Positions 39,150-48,571 of a DNA stretch of 64,000 nt are shown here, piece after piece. The notes beneath the pieces are model-generated. The model had not been told where the DNA came from, did not search any database, and worked only from the letters and a program-made list of their open reading frames with translations. The position numbers were made by a program, and so were the translations under genes. Origin of the DNA: PVC group bacterium (GTDB lineage: Bacteria > Omnitrophota > Gorgyraeia > B26-G9); assembly GCA_024231215.1 (NCBI GenBank), contig JAAEQR010000195.1, forward strand, positions 433,349 through 497,348, given 5' to 3'. Position 1 is the first letter of the stretch. Every line of letters begins with the position of its first letter.

Positions 39150-39311
39150 TCAGGAGAATTTCTTATTTCCCCTTATACACGCTGAACTAAGAGATATATT
39201 ATTGGCATTAGCGCATTTTGCGCAGGCTAAAGCATTAACCTCATAAACATCCCGGGATTCTATGCGGGGCGGATCATATCGTTTTTTTTGATTTCTTTTC
39301 TTGTTTTCCAT
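39150..39311 (-). CDS. Putative RiPP precursor peptide, 53 aa (not in ORF track)
   Basis: MENKKRNQKKRYDPPRIESRDVYEVNALACAKCANANNISLSSACIRGNKKFS*. AGGAGGT lies 5 nt before the ATG. KKRYxxP leader, CxxC plus one more Cys, terminal Ser. Confidence 0.82.
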   Translation of the reverse strand: MENKKRNQKKRYDPPRIESRDVYEVNALACAKCANANNISLSSACIRGNKKFS

Positions 39312-39336
39312 TTTTCACCTCCTAATTTTTAGTAAC

Positions 39337-39362
39337 GGACAGATACAGAGGTCTGTCCCTAC
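39337..39362 (-). repeat. GTAG-type REP-like hairpin
   Basis: Minus strand reads GTAG-GGACAGA-CCTCTGTA-TCTGTCC. Confidence 0.6.
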
Positions 39363-39380
39363 ATAATTAAAAAAATATTT

Positions 39381-41147
39381 TTAGCGTCTTTTTTTCTTTT
39401 CGTTTTTTGTTTGTACTTTTTTCTGCTTGGTGTCATATCCTACGATTTTTCGTACGGCCTGTTTAAGCTGCCCACGGTTTTTTGTATTTTTAATTGCGAG
39501 CAGCTTATCTTTATCAGGCTGGGTCATATCTTCTAAGTCTTTAAGGCTTCTTAGGATATGCGGGGTTAGAAAAACTAAAAGTTCTGTTTTTAAAAGTGAT
39601 TTTTCTGTTTTCTTAAACAAATGCCCGATAAAGGGAATATCTCCGAGTAAGGGGATTTTATGCTCGATAATACTGTCGTTATCCCGCATTAATCCGCCTA
39701 AGACAACGGTATGACCATCTGGGATAATAACCGTGGCATTGGCTTCGCGTTTATTGATAATGCTTGCGTCAAATAAAGTTTGTGCGCTTAAATCCTTTAA
39801 CTCAGCATGGACTTTTAAATTCACAAAACCGTCCTGGCTGATACGGGGCAGGACTTTTAATTGTAAGCCTACATCTTCATATTTAAAATTCACAGTGCTG
39901 ACATTATTCACCAGATCAGTTACCGAAGATTCGATGATCGGTATTTCCTGTCCCACGGTAATAGATGATTCCTGGTTATTGGAAGCCAGAATTCTCGGGG
40001 TAGAGATTACTTTACTGTTTTCCTGTGAATCAAGGATAAAACCCAGCAGGTTTGAAGTTTCTTTTTGCGTGAGGATGCGATAAGTGAATCCTTGGGTAGA
40101 AGCATTGGTAGATAACCCAAGCATAGAATGGAAAATGCTTTCTTTATCTCCGGCAGCTGAGCCAAGGTCAACTTTTACTCCTTCTGTGGTTACAGTCGGG
40201 CTTGTTGCACTTGAATATTCAACTCCCATTACAAAGTCGTCGTCAAGTGTAACGTCCATAAGAATGACTTCAATCATTGCCTGAGGAGGGAAGACATCAA
40301 GTTTTTGGATCAATCGTTCTATGGCTGGGAAATTTACCGGGAAAGTAGCGACAACTACAGAGTTGGTTTCTTCTTCGGCAAATGCCTGTATTTCTCCGAA
40401 TATTTCCAGTGGGATATTATCAGGGCTGAGTTCTTTAACCATGGGGTATTGAATATCTTTATCTTTTTTTGATAATTCGTTGAGAATTTCTGCAATTTTT
40501 TTCGAATCTCCGTAGTTGATTATGAAAGGTTTTACCTGCATTTTAGCCGGCATGGAACGGTCTAGTTCGCTTATGATTGTGGCCAGTCTTTTTATGTTTG
40601 ATGATACGTCGGTTAGGATTATCGTGTTAGTACGATCATGTGCCAGGATATTTCCGTGCTTGCCGACTAATGATTGAATATCATTTTTTACTTTTGCTGC
40701 AGACGCATATTTAAGGGGCATAACCTGAGTGGTGACTACGTCTTTTTCTTCGATTAGTTCGGGAAAACTGCCGATATTTACAGCTACATTTGTTTGTTTT
40801 GTTTCGGAGATTGGAACGACTTTAAGTGCGTTTTGGGATTTTACCAGAGTGAATCCTCGGATCATCAGTGCACTTTCTAATATGTTGGCTACGGTTTCCG
40901 GAGCGACTTTGTCCAGGCTTATAATGTTTATTTTGCCTTTTAATTGGGTGTGGGGAATGATCACTGTTTCAGTGATATCTCCGAGGACATTAAGCACTTG
41001 ATTAATGTCCGCATTTTGAAAGCTTAAAGAAATCAAATTATCTTCATTTTCCATCGTTGTTTCTAAGTCGATATCCTGAGAGAATACCGGTGGTATTAGC
41101 ACTAAAATAGATGCTAACAGCAAAATAAGTATATTTAGTTTTTTCAT
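39381..41147 (-). CDS. gspD: Type II secretion secretin GspD
   Basis: N0 domain (LSFQNADI), N-domains, and secretin core (STPRILASNNQ, YEDVGLQLKVLPRI, IPLLGDIPFIGHLF, TELLVFLTPHI). Confidence 0.92.
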   Translation of the reverse strand: MKKLNILILLLASILVLIPPVFSQDIDLETTMENEDNLISLSFQNADINQVLNVLGDITETVIIPHTQLKGKINIISLDKVAPETVANILESALMIRGFTLVKSQNALKVVPISETKQTNVAVNIGSFPELIEEKDVVTTQVMPLKYASAAKVKNDIQSLVGKHGNILAHDRTNTIILTDVSSNIKRLATIISELDRSMPAKMQVKPFIINYGDSKKIAEILNELSKKDKDIQYPMVKELSPDNIPLEIFGEIQAFAEEETNSVVVATFPVNFPAIERLIQKLDVFPPQAMIEVILMDVTLDDDFVMGVEYSSATSPTVTTEGVKVDLGSAAGDKESIFHSMLGLSTNASTQGFTYRILTQKETSNLLGFILDSQENSKVISTPRILASNNQESSITVGQEIPIIESSVTDLVNNVSTVNFKYEDVGLQLKVLPRISQDGFVNLKVHAELKDLSAQTLFDASIINKREANATVIIPDGHTVVLGGLMRDNDSIIEHKIPLLGDIPFIGHLFKKTEKSLLKTELLVFLTPHILRSLKDLEDMTQPDKDKLLAIKNTKNRGQLKQAVRKIVGYDTKQKKVQTKNEKKKRR

Positions 41148-41710
41148 TTTGTCCTCCTGACTCCCCTTCTTAATTTTTGCATAGTATTTAACGGATAATC
41201 GTCCTTGTTTTCGCCGGTATAGGCTGGGCTTATTGAAATAGTTTTCGGCTCATTATTATTAGCTGGCAATGGAGTACTGCTGAGACCGGCTTGTTTGAGT
41301 TTTAAATCAAATAGCTGGTTGTTGCGTTCCAATATAATTTTATTTTTCTGAATATCTTTAACTATATAGTTTTCGATGCTATCGTTTATCCCGACATAAA
41401 ATCCTTTATCCTGATTTTTCTTTTCGACGATGGCTTTGTACCCGTTTTTCAGATTTACTACTCCGGTCAGGATAAGATCTCTGGCTTTGGCAGATCCATC
41501 GTTACCCGGGAAGGCGCTTTGTATACCTGAACTCTGAACTTCGGCATTCAAATCTTTTGTGGGACGAAAAAAATTTCTTTTTTCAATAATTTCATAATAA
41601 GATAGAGGAGGGATGTTTTCTTGCGCGGTACAGTTTTGTAGTCCCCAGCACATAGCCCATAGACAAAAAATTGTTAATATAATAAAGATTTTTGATTCTT
41701 GTGTTTTCAT
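41144..41710 (-). CDS. GspC/PilP-like protein
   Basis: N-terminal TM, RNFFRP, and LILTGVV..AIVE..G.Y.VG...I.NY.VKDI. Lies between pilO-like and gspD. Start at MKTQ (41710). Confidence 0.6.
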   Translation of the reverse strand: MKTQESKIFIILTIFCLWAMCWGLQNCTAQENIPPLSYYEIIEKRNFFRPTKDLNAEVQSSGIQSAFPGNDGSAKARDLILTGVVNLKNGYKAIVEKKNQDKGFYVGINDSIENYIVKDIQKNKIILERNNQLFDLKLKQAGLSSTPLPANNNEPKTISISPAYTGENKDDYPLNTMQKLRRGVRRTK

Positions 41711-42240
41711 CTCTGCTCCTTTAACAATATTGTAGAAATTACGAGATGACATTTTAATAAGGCTGATCGTTCTGATTTTGGTTCAAGTCGGAGTTTTTTA
41801 GCAACTAAAACCACAGATGACTTTCTCATTTGATAAAGAAATCGAACCAGGTTGCCTAAATTAGCCTGCATGTTTATTTCTACGGAGACTTCGTTGAATG
41901 CTCCCAAGTCGCGTAAAGGCAGAGGGTTCATTGTTTCAACATGGACATTGGTATATTCAGCTACAGAGCCGATAGCATTAAGAAACGTGTTTTCACCGCG
42001 TTCTAAGCTTAGCTTTGCCTGAACTTTTCGACTTAGATCAGAAAATCTCTTGGTTAATTCTTCTTTTTGTCCGATAATTTCACGACTTTTTTCTAATAGA
42101 ATTTTTTTCTTTTTAATTTCACTAGTTTGGCGCGTCCAATTTCTAGAGAAAGGAGAAATGATCTTACTGGAGATAAGAACAATAATTACGCCGCATGCTG
42201 CTGCCATAAGTATCTTTTTTCTATGTTTTAGAAAATTCAC
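41707..42240 (-). CDS. pilO: PilO/GspM-like inner-membrane platform protein
   Basis: TM, coiled coil and ferredoxin-like tail (NLVRFLYQM). Follows the pilM-N fusion. Confidence 0.65.
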   Translation of the reverse strand: MNFLKHRKKILMAAACGVIIVLISSKIISPFSRNWTRQTSEIKKKKILLEKSREIIGQKEELTKRFSDLSRKVQAKLSLERGENTFLNAIGSVAEYTNVHVETMNPLPLRDLGAFNEVSVEINMQANLGNLVRFLYQMRKSSVVLVAKKLRLEPKSERSALLKCHLVISTILLKEQR

Positions 42241-42241
42241 G

Positions 42242-44074
42242 TTATTTTGCCTCCAGTTTGTTTAATTCGCAGATTATTTCAAAATCAACTATTTCTTTGC
42301 CTGGGATGTCTTTTTTCTTGGTATAGATGATTTTAGCATTTTCAAAGAAAGACGACTCATTTAGCCTCTGTGAAAATTTTACTACGGATGAATGAGCCTG
42401 GGCTATTCCGGTGCAGACACTAGAATTATTCCTTTCAAAGGCAAAGCTGTCCAGAGTTATATCATAGGGGACGAGTATGCTTATTTCCCGAACAACCTCC
42501 ATGCAGGAATTTTTCACGGAAATATAACCTTCAATGCTTTGGATTTTATCACGAAGTTTTTGTGCTGAATCAAGAGCTGGTTTTAATTCTGCGATTTTGA
42601 CGTCCAGATTTTTTATGATGCTTTCACGATATCCGACAAACATTGTCGGTACAAGTAAAGATATCGCAGTGATACCCGTGATTATCCCGGCAAGAACAGA
42701 TATTTGCGTTTTTCTCTTTTTATGTGTTAGTTCCTGTTTTATTTTTCTTGGCAGAAGATTTAGTTTTAATGGATTAAAGTTTTCTGATTCGGGGATAATA
42801 ATTCCTAATGAAGTTGCAAATTCAGGAAAACATTGTTCATGTTTAGCTATTTGGGGCAGGGCCTGGATTTCTACAGGCATTTTCTGATTAGTTATTTTTG
42901 TTTTCAGGGAGTCACGTAAATAGTCATTAAGATTAATGATGCGTGATCCGCCGCCGCTTAAGATTATTTGGTCAAGCGTGGTTATGCCATGCTCTAATTG
43001 CATTGATTCAGTGGTGCGTTTTATCTCATTGAGGAGTTTGTCTGCCCATGCTTTGGTAATGTCTGAAATTGTTTTTTTTGTTTTTGTATTTTGTTTTTTT
43101 GTCAGGACAATTCCATTATCTTTTTTTATTTTTTCTGCATTTTCAAATTCTATATTGAATTTTCTGCTTAAATCAAGCGTGAGGTTTTCGGATCCCCAAT
43201 GGATGCCGCGGCTTAAAATTAATTGTTTATCTTTAATAATATTCATGTCGCAGTATTCAGCGCCAATATTCAGCTGCATGTGAACACCTTCAAAAGGCAG
43301 TGAATTGACTATGGAGTTGTAGAGAGATAGAGCGCTTACAGCAATCGAGTGTGGGTGTAAATTCACGGTTTTTAACAATCTAAGGTGTTTTGCAATATCT
43401 TCTTTTTTAATTGCAGCGACGATGACCTGTGTTCGGGATTCTTTTTTGGCAAGAATTTGATAATCAATCTCTATGTCTGAGAGGGGAAACGGTAAATGAC
43501 GCTCTGCTTCAAATTCAATCATTTTATCTATTTCATTATCGTTTTGGGTTGGTAAGTCGATTAGTTTTATTACTACCTTACTTCGCGGAATGAGTGTAGT
43601 TAAATGCGCTTTTTCTAAAATGTCCGAAGAGATGTTTTGGTGGATACTTTCATGGATAAATGCGAACATTTTTTCTTCGGTTGTATTGCTGACAAGATAG
43701 GGAATGGATATACAGACTACGTTTGTTAATATAAAGTTTTCTTTTTCTTTCTTTATTTCTAGTATTTTTAAATTTCGAGATCCAAAATCAATGATTAAAT
43801 TGTAAGGGGCTTCTTGACTAATTGCTTGGCAGCAATATCCGTATAGAGAAGATGGCAGAGTTTTTATTTGATTTAATGATAACCCTTTTTTTAGGTGTCC
43901 GGCCAGGGTTTTTCCTTCTGAGAAAAGAAAATCAGGGGTTGTGACCGGAGGATGATTTTCATCCTTTTTACTCTTATCAACCTGATGGAATAGAGCGTCC
44001 AGTCCCAAGCCTTTTATTCTTGAGCGTACGACTTTATCCAAATGTTCTTGGTTTGTTTTATTTTTATCGCTCAT
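42242..44074 (-). CDS. pilM: PilM-PilN fusion (GspL-like) with N-terminal extension
   Basis: IDFGSRNLKIL, EFEAERHLPFPL, IILSGGGSRI (actin-like PilM), then LNLLP, a TM and a PilN-type C-terminus. Confidence 0.8.
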   Translation of the reverse strand: MSDKNKTNQEHLDKVVRSRIKGLGLDALFHQVDKSKKDENHPPVTTPDFLFSEGKTLAGHLKKGLSLNQIKTLPSSLYGYCCQAISQEAPYNLIIDFGSRNLKILEIKKEKENFILTNVVCISIPYLVSNTTEEKMFAFIHESIHQNISSDILEKAHLTTLIPRSKVVIKLIDLPTQNDNEIDKMIEFEAERHLPFPLSDIEIDYQILAKKESRTQVIVAAIKKEDIAKHLRLLKTVNLHPHSIAVSALSLYNSIVNSLPFEGVHMQLNIGAEYCDMNIIKDKQLILSRGIHWGSENLTLDLSRKFNIEFENAEKIKKDNGIVLTKKQNTKTKKTISDITKAWADKLLNEIKRTTESMQLEHGITTLDQIILSGGGSRIINLNDYLRDSLKTKITNQKMPVEIQALPQIAKHEQCFPEFATSLGIIIPESENFNPLKLNLLPRKIKQELTHKKRKTQISVLAGIITGITAISLLVPTMFVGYRESIIKNLDVKIAELKPALDSAQKLRDKIQSIEGYISVKNSCMEVVREISILVPYDITLDSFAFERNNSSVCTGIAQAHSSVVKFSQRLNESSFFENAKIIYTKKKDIPGKEIVDFEIICELNKLEAK

Positions 44075-44831
44075 TGTTTTTTTCTACGACTTCCTTTGCT
44101 AAGTCCATAAAGTGTCGGGCTGCTTCATCCTGTGGTGCATATGCATGGATATGCTGTCCATGCATTTCAGCTTCCGGAATTTTCCTGCTGCGGTGAATGA
44201 TCGTATCGAATACTTTCCGAGAAGTGAAATATTCGGTGATTGTTTTAGTTACCGAAGAATGAAGTGTTATCGACGGATCGAACATATTTACCGCTACTCC
44301 GAGAAAAGATGTGTAGTGCTCTAAGTCTTCTTTTATTTTTAATATTGTGCTCATTAACATACTCATGCCTTTGAGAGCATAACTGTTTGGTTCAATTGGG
44401 ACAAGTAAAGCATTGCTTGCGACAATAGCATTGACTGTTAATATCCCTAAAGAGGGAGGGGAGTCAATGAGTACAAAGTCATATTTTTCCGCTTCTGAAC
44501 GTAATGCCTTTCTTAGTTTAAATGGACGGGTAATATCTGAAGCAAGTTCTGTTTCTGCGCCGGAAAGACTGATATTTGCCGGGGCAATGGCCCAGTTATC
44601 AAGCTGATGCGGAAGGATGATATCGCTTAGAGGAACATCATTGACCAGGGTGTCATAGATAGTATCATCCAAAGTATTGGTTTCAATGCCCATGCCGTCG
44701 GAAGAATTGCCCTGAGGATCCATATCAATGGTAAGAACCCGATACCCCAGTATGGCTAGTGCAGCGGAAAGATTAATCGTAATTGTGGTTTTCCCCACCC
44801 CACCTTTTTGATTAGTTACCGCAATAATCAT
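44064..44831 (-). CDS. parA: ParA/Soj family ATPase
   Basis: NQKGGVGKTT, IDMDPQGN and IDSPPSLG motifs. Confidence 0.9.
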   Translation of the reverse strand: MIIAVTNQKGGVGKTTITINLSAALAILGYRVLTIDMDPQGNSSDGMGIETNTLDDTIYDTLVNDVPLSDIILPHQLDNWAIAPANISLSGAETELASDITRPFKLRKALRSEAEKYDFVLIDSPPSLGILTVNAIVASNALLVPIEPNSYALKGMSMLMSTILKIKEDLEHYTSFLGVAVNMFDPSITLHSSVTKTITEYFTSRKVFDTIIHRSRKIPEAEMHGQHIHAYAPQDEAARHFMDLAKEVVEKNNER

Positions 44832-45032
44832 TTACCCTTTCTTAATTTCATCCCCAAAGAGGGCTTTTATCTTGATTAGGTCTTCGTAAGTGTAGTATCT
44901 CCAGTGCTTACTGTCTCTTTTTGCTTTGGGCAATATGCCCTTGTCTTCATAATTTTTTATAGTTTGGATAGAAACACTTAATTCTTTGGCCAGTTGGTTG
45001 ATTTTGATCTTTTTTTCTTTCATGGTTGGCAT
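44832..45032 (-). CDS. Small MerR-family HTH protein
   Basis: INQLAKELSVSIQTIKNYEDKGIL..KRDSKHWRYYT. Confidence 0.85.
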   Translation of the reverse strand: MPTMKEKKIKINQLAKELSVSIQTIKNYEDKGILPKAKRDSKHWRYYTYEDLIKIKALFGDEIKKG

Positions 45033-45070
45033 TTTTCCCCTTATCGACTTTTGCCCCTAAACTCAACAAA

Positions 45071-45099
45071 ATTATAATACTTTTCGCTAGTTTTGTCAA
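45071..45099 (-). promoter_or_regulatory. Consensus sigma-70 promoter for the merR-parA-pilMNO-gspCD operon
   Basis: Minus strand TTGACA-N17-TATAAT, a perfect consensus. Confidence 0.8.
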
Positions 45100-45110
45100 T
45101 GTTTCTTTAC

Positions 45111-45139
45111 TTGACCCTTAAAAATAATTTTGCTATAAT
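45111..45139 (+). promoter_or_regulatory. Sigma-70 promoter for the gspE operon
   Basis: TTGACC-N17-TATAAT with extended -10 TG. Confidence 0.7.
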
Positions 45140-45287
45140 ACAAAATGATGTAGTATACTATATACTAGTAAAGACATATTATAATAATGTGTCAGCCCGC
45201 CAAAAGGATTGGCGAGGCTTAATTTGCGTAGATTACTTAGCTTCACGTTGTTTGCTAAGTAATACGCTTATTAAGGAAGAATCAAGG

Positions 45288-47006
45288 ATGACCGTAAATT
45301 CCAGAGTCCAATTTATTGGAAATCTGCTGGTTGAAAAAGGATTTTTGACCAAAGCAGCCGGGGAGAAAATTTCTCAAAAAATTACTCCCAAAGACATTCC
45401 TCAATCCCAGGAGGAGTTAGAGGCTCTATTTCTTGAACCGGGGATTGTTTCCGAAGAAGATTTGCTTACCGCATATAGCCAGCATCTTAATATTCCTTAC
45501 CTGGATTTAAGTACTCAGAAAATAGATTCCAAAACAGTGGCATTTATCCCGGCAAAATTTGCTAATAAGAATAAAGTGATTGTAATCAAAAAAGAGGATG
45601 ACAAGCTTTTTGTGGCTATGCGTAATCCTTTTGCGATTGATGTGCTGGATGAACTTAAAATATTAACAAAGCTTTATATCCAGCCGGTATTGAGTAGATC
45701 GGAAGATATTTTAAATGCAATAGGTATTTATTACGGGGTAGGAGCAGAAACAGTAGAAACCTTAGTGCAGGATAAAAAAACAGAATCGTCTCAGGAATTA
45801 GGAGGGGGGATACAAGAGGCAGAAGATGAAGATAAGGGGACAAATGATGCTTCAATTATTCAATATGTAAATCAGATATTGCTCGAAGCTTATCGTAAAC
45901 GCGCTACAGATATTCATATTGAGCCGTTTGAACAGACATTACGTATCCGTTATCGTATCGACGGAATATTGTCTGAGGCGAAAACTCCGACAGAACTTAA
46001 AAGATTACATGTTTCTATAATCTCCCGTTTAAAAATTATGGCTAACCTGAACATTGCTGAGAAACGCAGACCTCAGGACGGCCGTTGTAAAATGAAATTG
46101 CAGTCAGAAGAGATAGATCTGAGATTGTCCACTTTTCCAACGCTTTATGGGGAAGGGGTTAGTATTCGGCTTTTAACCAAAAGCATGATTCTTTTAGGGG
46201 TTGATCAATTAGGATTATCAAAAGATATGGTTGATCAATTAAAGGGTATTTTGCAAAAAACAAATGGCATGGTGCTGGTTACCGGACCTACCGGATGCGG
46301 GAAAACAACTACGCTTTATTCTTGTTTGAATTATCTAAACACTTCTCAGGTGAATATTATTACTTTGGAAGACCCGGTTGAATATCAATTAGAAGGAGTA
46401 AATCAGATACAGATTAATCCGCAGGCTGATTTGGTGTTTTCCAGCGGATTGCGTTCAATATTACGTCAGGATCCGGATATTATCATGGTCGGGGAAGTAC
46501 GTGATTTAGAAACTGCGCAAATTGCAGTGCGCGCGGCACTTACCGGACATCTTCTTTTTAGTACTTTACATACCAATAATGCTTTAGCAACAATTACACG
46601 GTTGCTGGATCTGGGTATTGAGCCGTTCCTGGTGAGCGGTACGGTCAGAGGTGTAATTGCTCAACGGTTAGTGAGGAAGATTTGTGAGAGCTGTAAAAAG
46701 AAATATAAGCCGGATAGAAAACTCCTGAAAATGGTTGGGATGGAAAAACAGAAAATAAATTTTGTTAGAGGTAAAGGTTGTGAAAAATGTAATAATACAG
46801 GATACAAAGGGCGTATCGGTATTTATGAATTGCTTTTGATAGACGAACATTTGGGTGCGCTTATATCTTCCGGAGCATCGGTGATTGAGCTAAAAAAGCA
46901 GGCTCAGAAAAATGGAATGAAAAGTTTAAAAGAAGATGGATTTGACAAGGTGCGTCAAGGTCAAACAACTATAGAAGAAGTGATCAGGGTTACCGAACAG
47001 GAATAA
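45288..47006 (+). CDS. gspE: T2SS/T4P assembly ATPase GspE/PilB
   Basis: ATDIHIEP, PQDGR, GPTGCGKTTT, LRQDPDIIMVGE, STLHTN and a tetra-Cys motif. Start moved to ATG 45288 because the track's N-terminal extension overlaps the promoter. Confidence 0.92.
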   Translation: MTVNSRVQFIGNLLVEKGFLTKAAGEKISQKITPKDIPQSQEELEALFLEPGIVSEEDLLTAYSQHLNIPYLDLSTQKIDSKTVAFIPAKFANKNKVIVIKKEDDKLFVAMRNPFAIDVLDELKILTKLYIQPVLSRSEDILNAIGIYYGVGAETVETLVQDKKTESSQELGGGIQEAEDEDKGTNDASIIQYVNQILLEAYRKRATDIHIEPFEQTLRIRYRIDGILSEAKTPTELKRLHVSIISRLKIMANLNIAEKRRPQDGRCKMKLQSEEIDLRLSTFPTLYGEGVSIRLLTKSMILLGVDQLGLSKDMVDQLKGILQKTNGMVLVTGPTGCGKTTTLYSCLNYLNTSQVNIITLEDPVEYQLEGVNQIQINPQADLVFSSGLRSILRQDPDIIMVGEVRDLETAQIAVRAALTGHLLFSTLHTNNALATITRLLDLGIEPFLVSGTVRGVIAQRLVRKICESCKKKYKPDRKLLKMVGMEKQKINFVRGKGCEKCNNTGYKGRIGIYELLLIDEHLGALISSGASVIELKKQAQKNGMKSLKEDGFDKVRQGQTTIEEVIRVTEQE

Positions 47007-47013
47007 TAAAGTA

Positions 47014-48216
47014 ATGGTATTTAAATATCAGGCACGGGATAAAAAAGGTAAATTGATCGAAGGTAAAGAAGAAGCTGGGAATCGCGGGGCGATAATAGAT
47101 GAATTGAGGGGAAGAGGTTATTTTCCGATAAGTGTCGAAGAGGCTGGCCGTGAAACAAAGCGTTTTAAATTTTCTGCCTTCAAAGTAAATGATTATGAGC
47201 TGGTATTTTTTACACGCCAGCTTTTTAATCTTTTAGATTCCGGAGTGGCTTTGGTAAAGTCATTAAATATCTTGTCAGGACAGACTAAAGGGCAGGAGTT
47301 TAAAAAGATTGTTTCAAAATTGCATATTATGGTTTCCGAAGGCAGTTATTTCTACGAAGCACTTACCCAATATCCGGAGATTTTTTCCGGGGTTTACCGG
47401 GGGATGGTTGAAGCCGGAGAAAAAGGTGGTAATTTAGAAAGAGTTTTGGGTAATCTGGCTGATTTCATGGAACAGAAAAAAGATATTAAAGATGTAATGT
47501 TTTCGATGCTTATTTATCCGGTAATTATAATGCTCGTGGGTGCGGGTACGGTATTGTTTTTAATGATGTTTGTGGTGCCAAAGATGTTTTTTATATTCTC
47601 CGAGATGCGTGAAACGCTGCCTTTAGCAACAAAAATATTGATTAACAGTAGTTCATTTTTGTCTAAATACTGGGCAATTCTTCTTTTCTTATTTTCCATT
47701 ATAGGATTAATTTTACACAAAATGTGTTTGCAGGAGCAAAGGCGTTTGATTATGGATAAGTTTTTATATGAACTGCCGATAATCGGAGAGTCTTTGCAAA
47801 AGATGATATTTTCCAGGTTTAGTTATGTTCTTAGTATGCTGCTTTCTAATGGCATGCCGATATTAGAAAGCATGGAGATTGGACAGCAGATGATTCAGAA
47901 TAGAGTCATCAGGGAACGATTAAAAGAGGTGCATTTAAAAGTGTCGCAGGGAAGTTCTTTATCGGTTAGTTTAACGGAAAGTCGGTTATTCCCCTCCGTA
48001 ATGGTGGACATGATATATGTGGGAGAGGAGACGGGTAAACTAGATCAGACACTTTTAAAAATTGCGCATATTTATGAAAAAGAATCTCGACAGGAGTTGA
48101 AACGTTTCTTAAGCTTATTAGAGCCGGGATTGATTTTATTTGTGGCTTTGGTTGTAGGGTTTTTGGTTATGGCGATGCTGTTGCCGTTATTGCAGTTTAA
48201 TTTGGAGATAGTATGA
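47014..48216 (+). CDS. gspF: T2SS platform protein GspF/PilC
   Basis: FTRQL..LLDSG, AGEKGG.L, GEETGKLD and LLEP motifs. Confidence 0.92.
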   Translation: MVFKYQARDKKGKLIEGKEEAGNRGAIIDELRGRGYFPISVEEAGRETKRFKFSAFKVNDYELVFFTRQLFNLLDSGVALVKSLNILSGQTKGQEFKKIVSKLHIMVSEGSYFYEALTQYPEIFSGVYRGMVEAGEKGGNLERVLGNLADFMEQKKDIKDVMFSMLIYPVIIMLVGAGTVLFLMMFVVPKMFFIFSEMRETLPLATKILINSSSFLSKYWAILLFLFSIIGLILHKMCLQEQRRLIMDKFLYELPIIGESLQKMIFSRFSYVLSMLLSNGMPILESMEIGQQMIQNRVIRERLKEVHLKVSQGSSLSVSLTESRLFPSVMVDMIYVGEETGKLDQTLLKIAHIYEKESRQELKRFLSLLEPGLILFVALVVGFLVMAMLLPLLQFNLEIV

Positions 48217-48569
48217 AAAGATCAGGTTTTACTTTACTTGAATTAATGCTGGCATTATCCATTGTTAGTATTTCTTTAGTTGTAGTTATAAATTCTTTTT
48301 CAATTATTGTCAGGGCAAAAACAAGTGTAGCTAATCATACTAAGGCAATGTTTCTTGCCGAACAAAAACTTTTTGATCTTAAGATAGAAAAAAAAGAAGA
48401 AAGAAAGACTGAGGGTATTTTTGATGCACCGTTAGATAATTTTCACTGGTTGGTAGAAACTGAAAGCGCTTTGTTTGAGGGGTTGGAGAAAATATCTCTT
48501 TCTGTGTCATGGAAAGAGCATAATCATAATAAAAAAATACGCACAACTACTTATTTAAAAAGAGGCTGA
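48213..48569 (+). CDS. gspI: Minor pseudopilin (GspI-like)
   Basis: Class III signal G/FTLLELM, 118 aa. Confidence 0.75.
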   Translation: MKRSGFTLLELMLALSIVSISLVVVINSFSIIVRAKTSVANHTKAMFLAEQKLFDLKIEKKEERKTEGIFDAPLDNFHWLVETESALFEGLEKISLSVSWKEHNHNKKIRTTTYLKRG

Positions 48570-48571
48570 TC

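Noticed and set aside
39150-39311. Lasso peptide
   Set aside because: The leader is lasso-like, but the window has no asparagine-synthetase-like cyclase or B2 protease, and the Cys-rich core has no Asp/Glu acceptor.
44064-44831. Chromosome or plasmid ParABS partition locus
   Set aside because: No parB gene or obvious parS palindrome was seen, and the gene is embedded in a secretion operon.
45093-45287. N-terminal extension of GspE as given in the ORF track
   Set aside because: It overlaps the divergent promoters and a hairpin near 45195-45220. ATG 45288 has a plausible Shine-Dalgarno.
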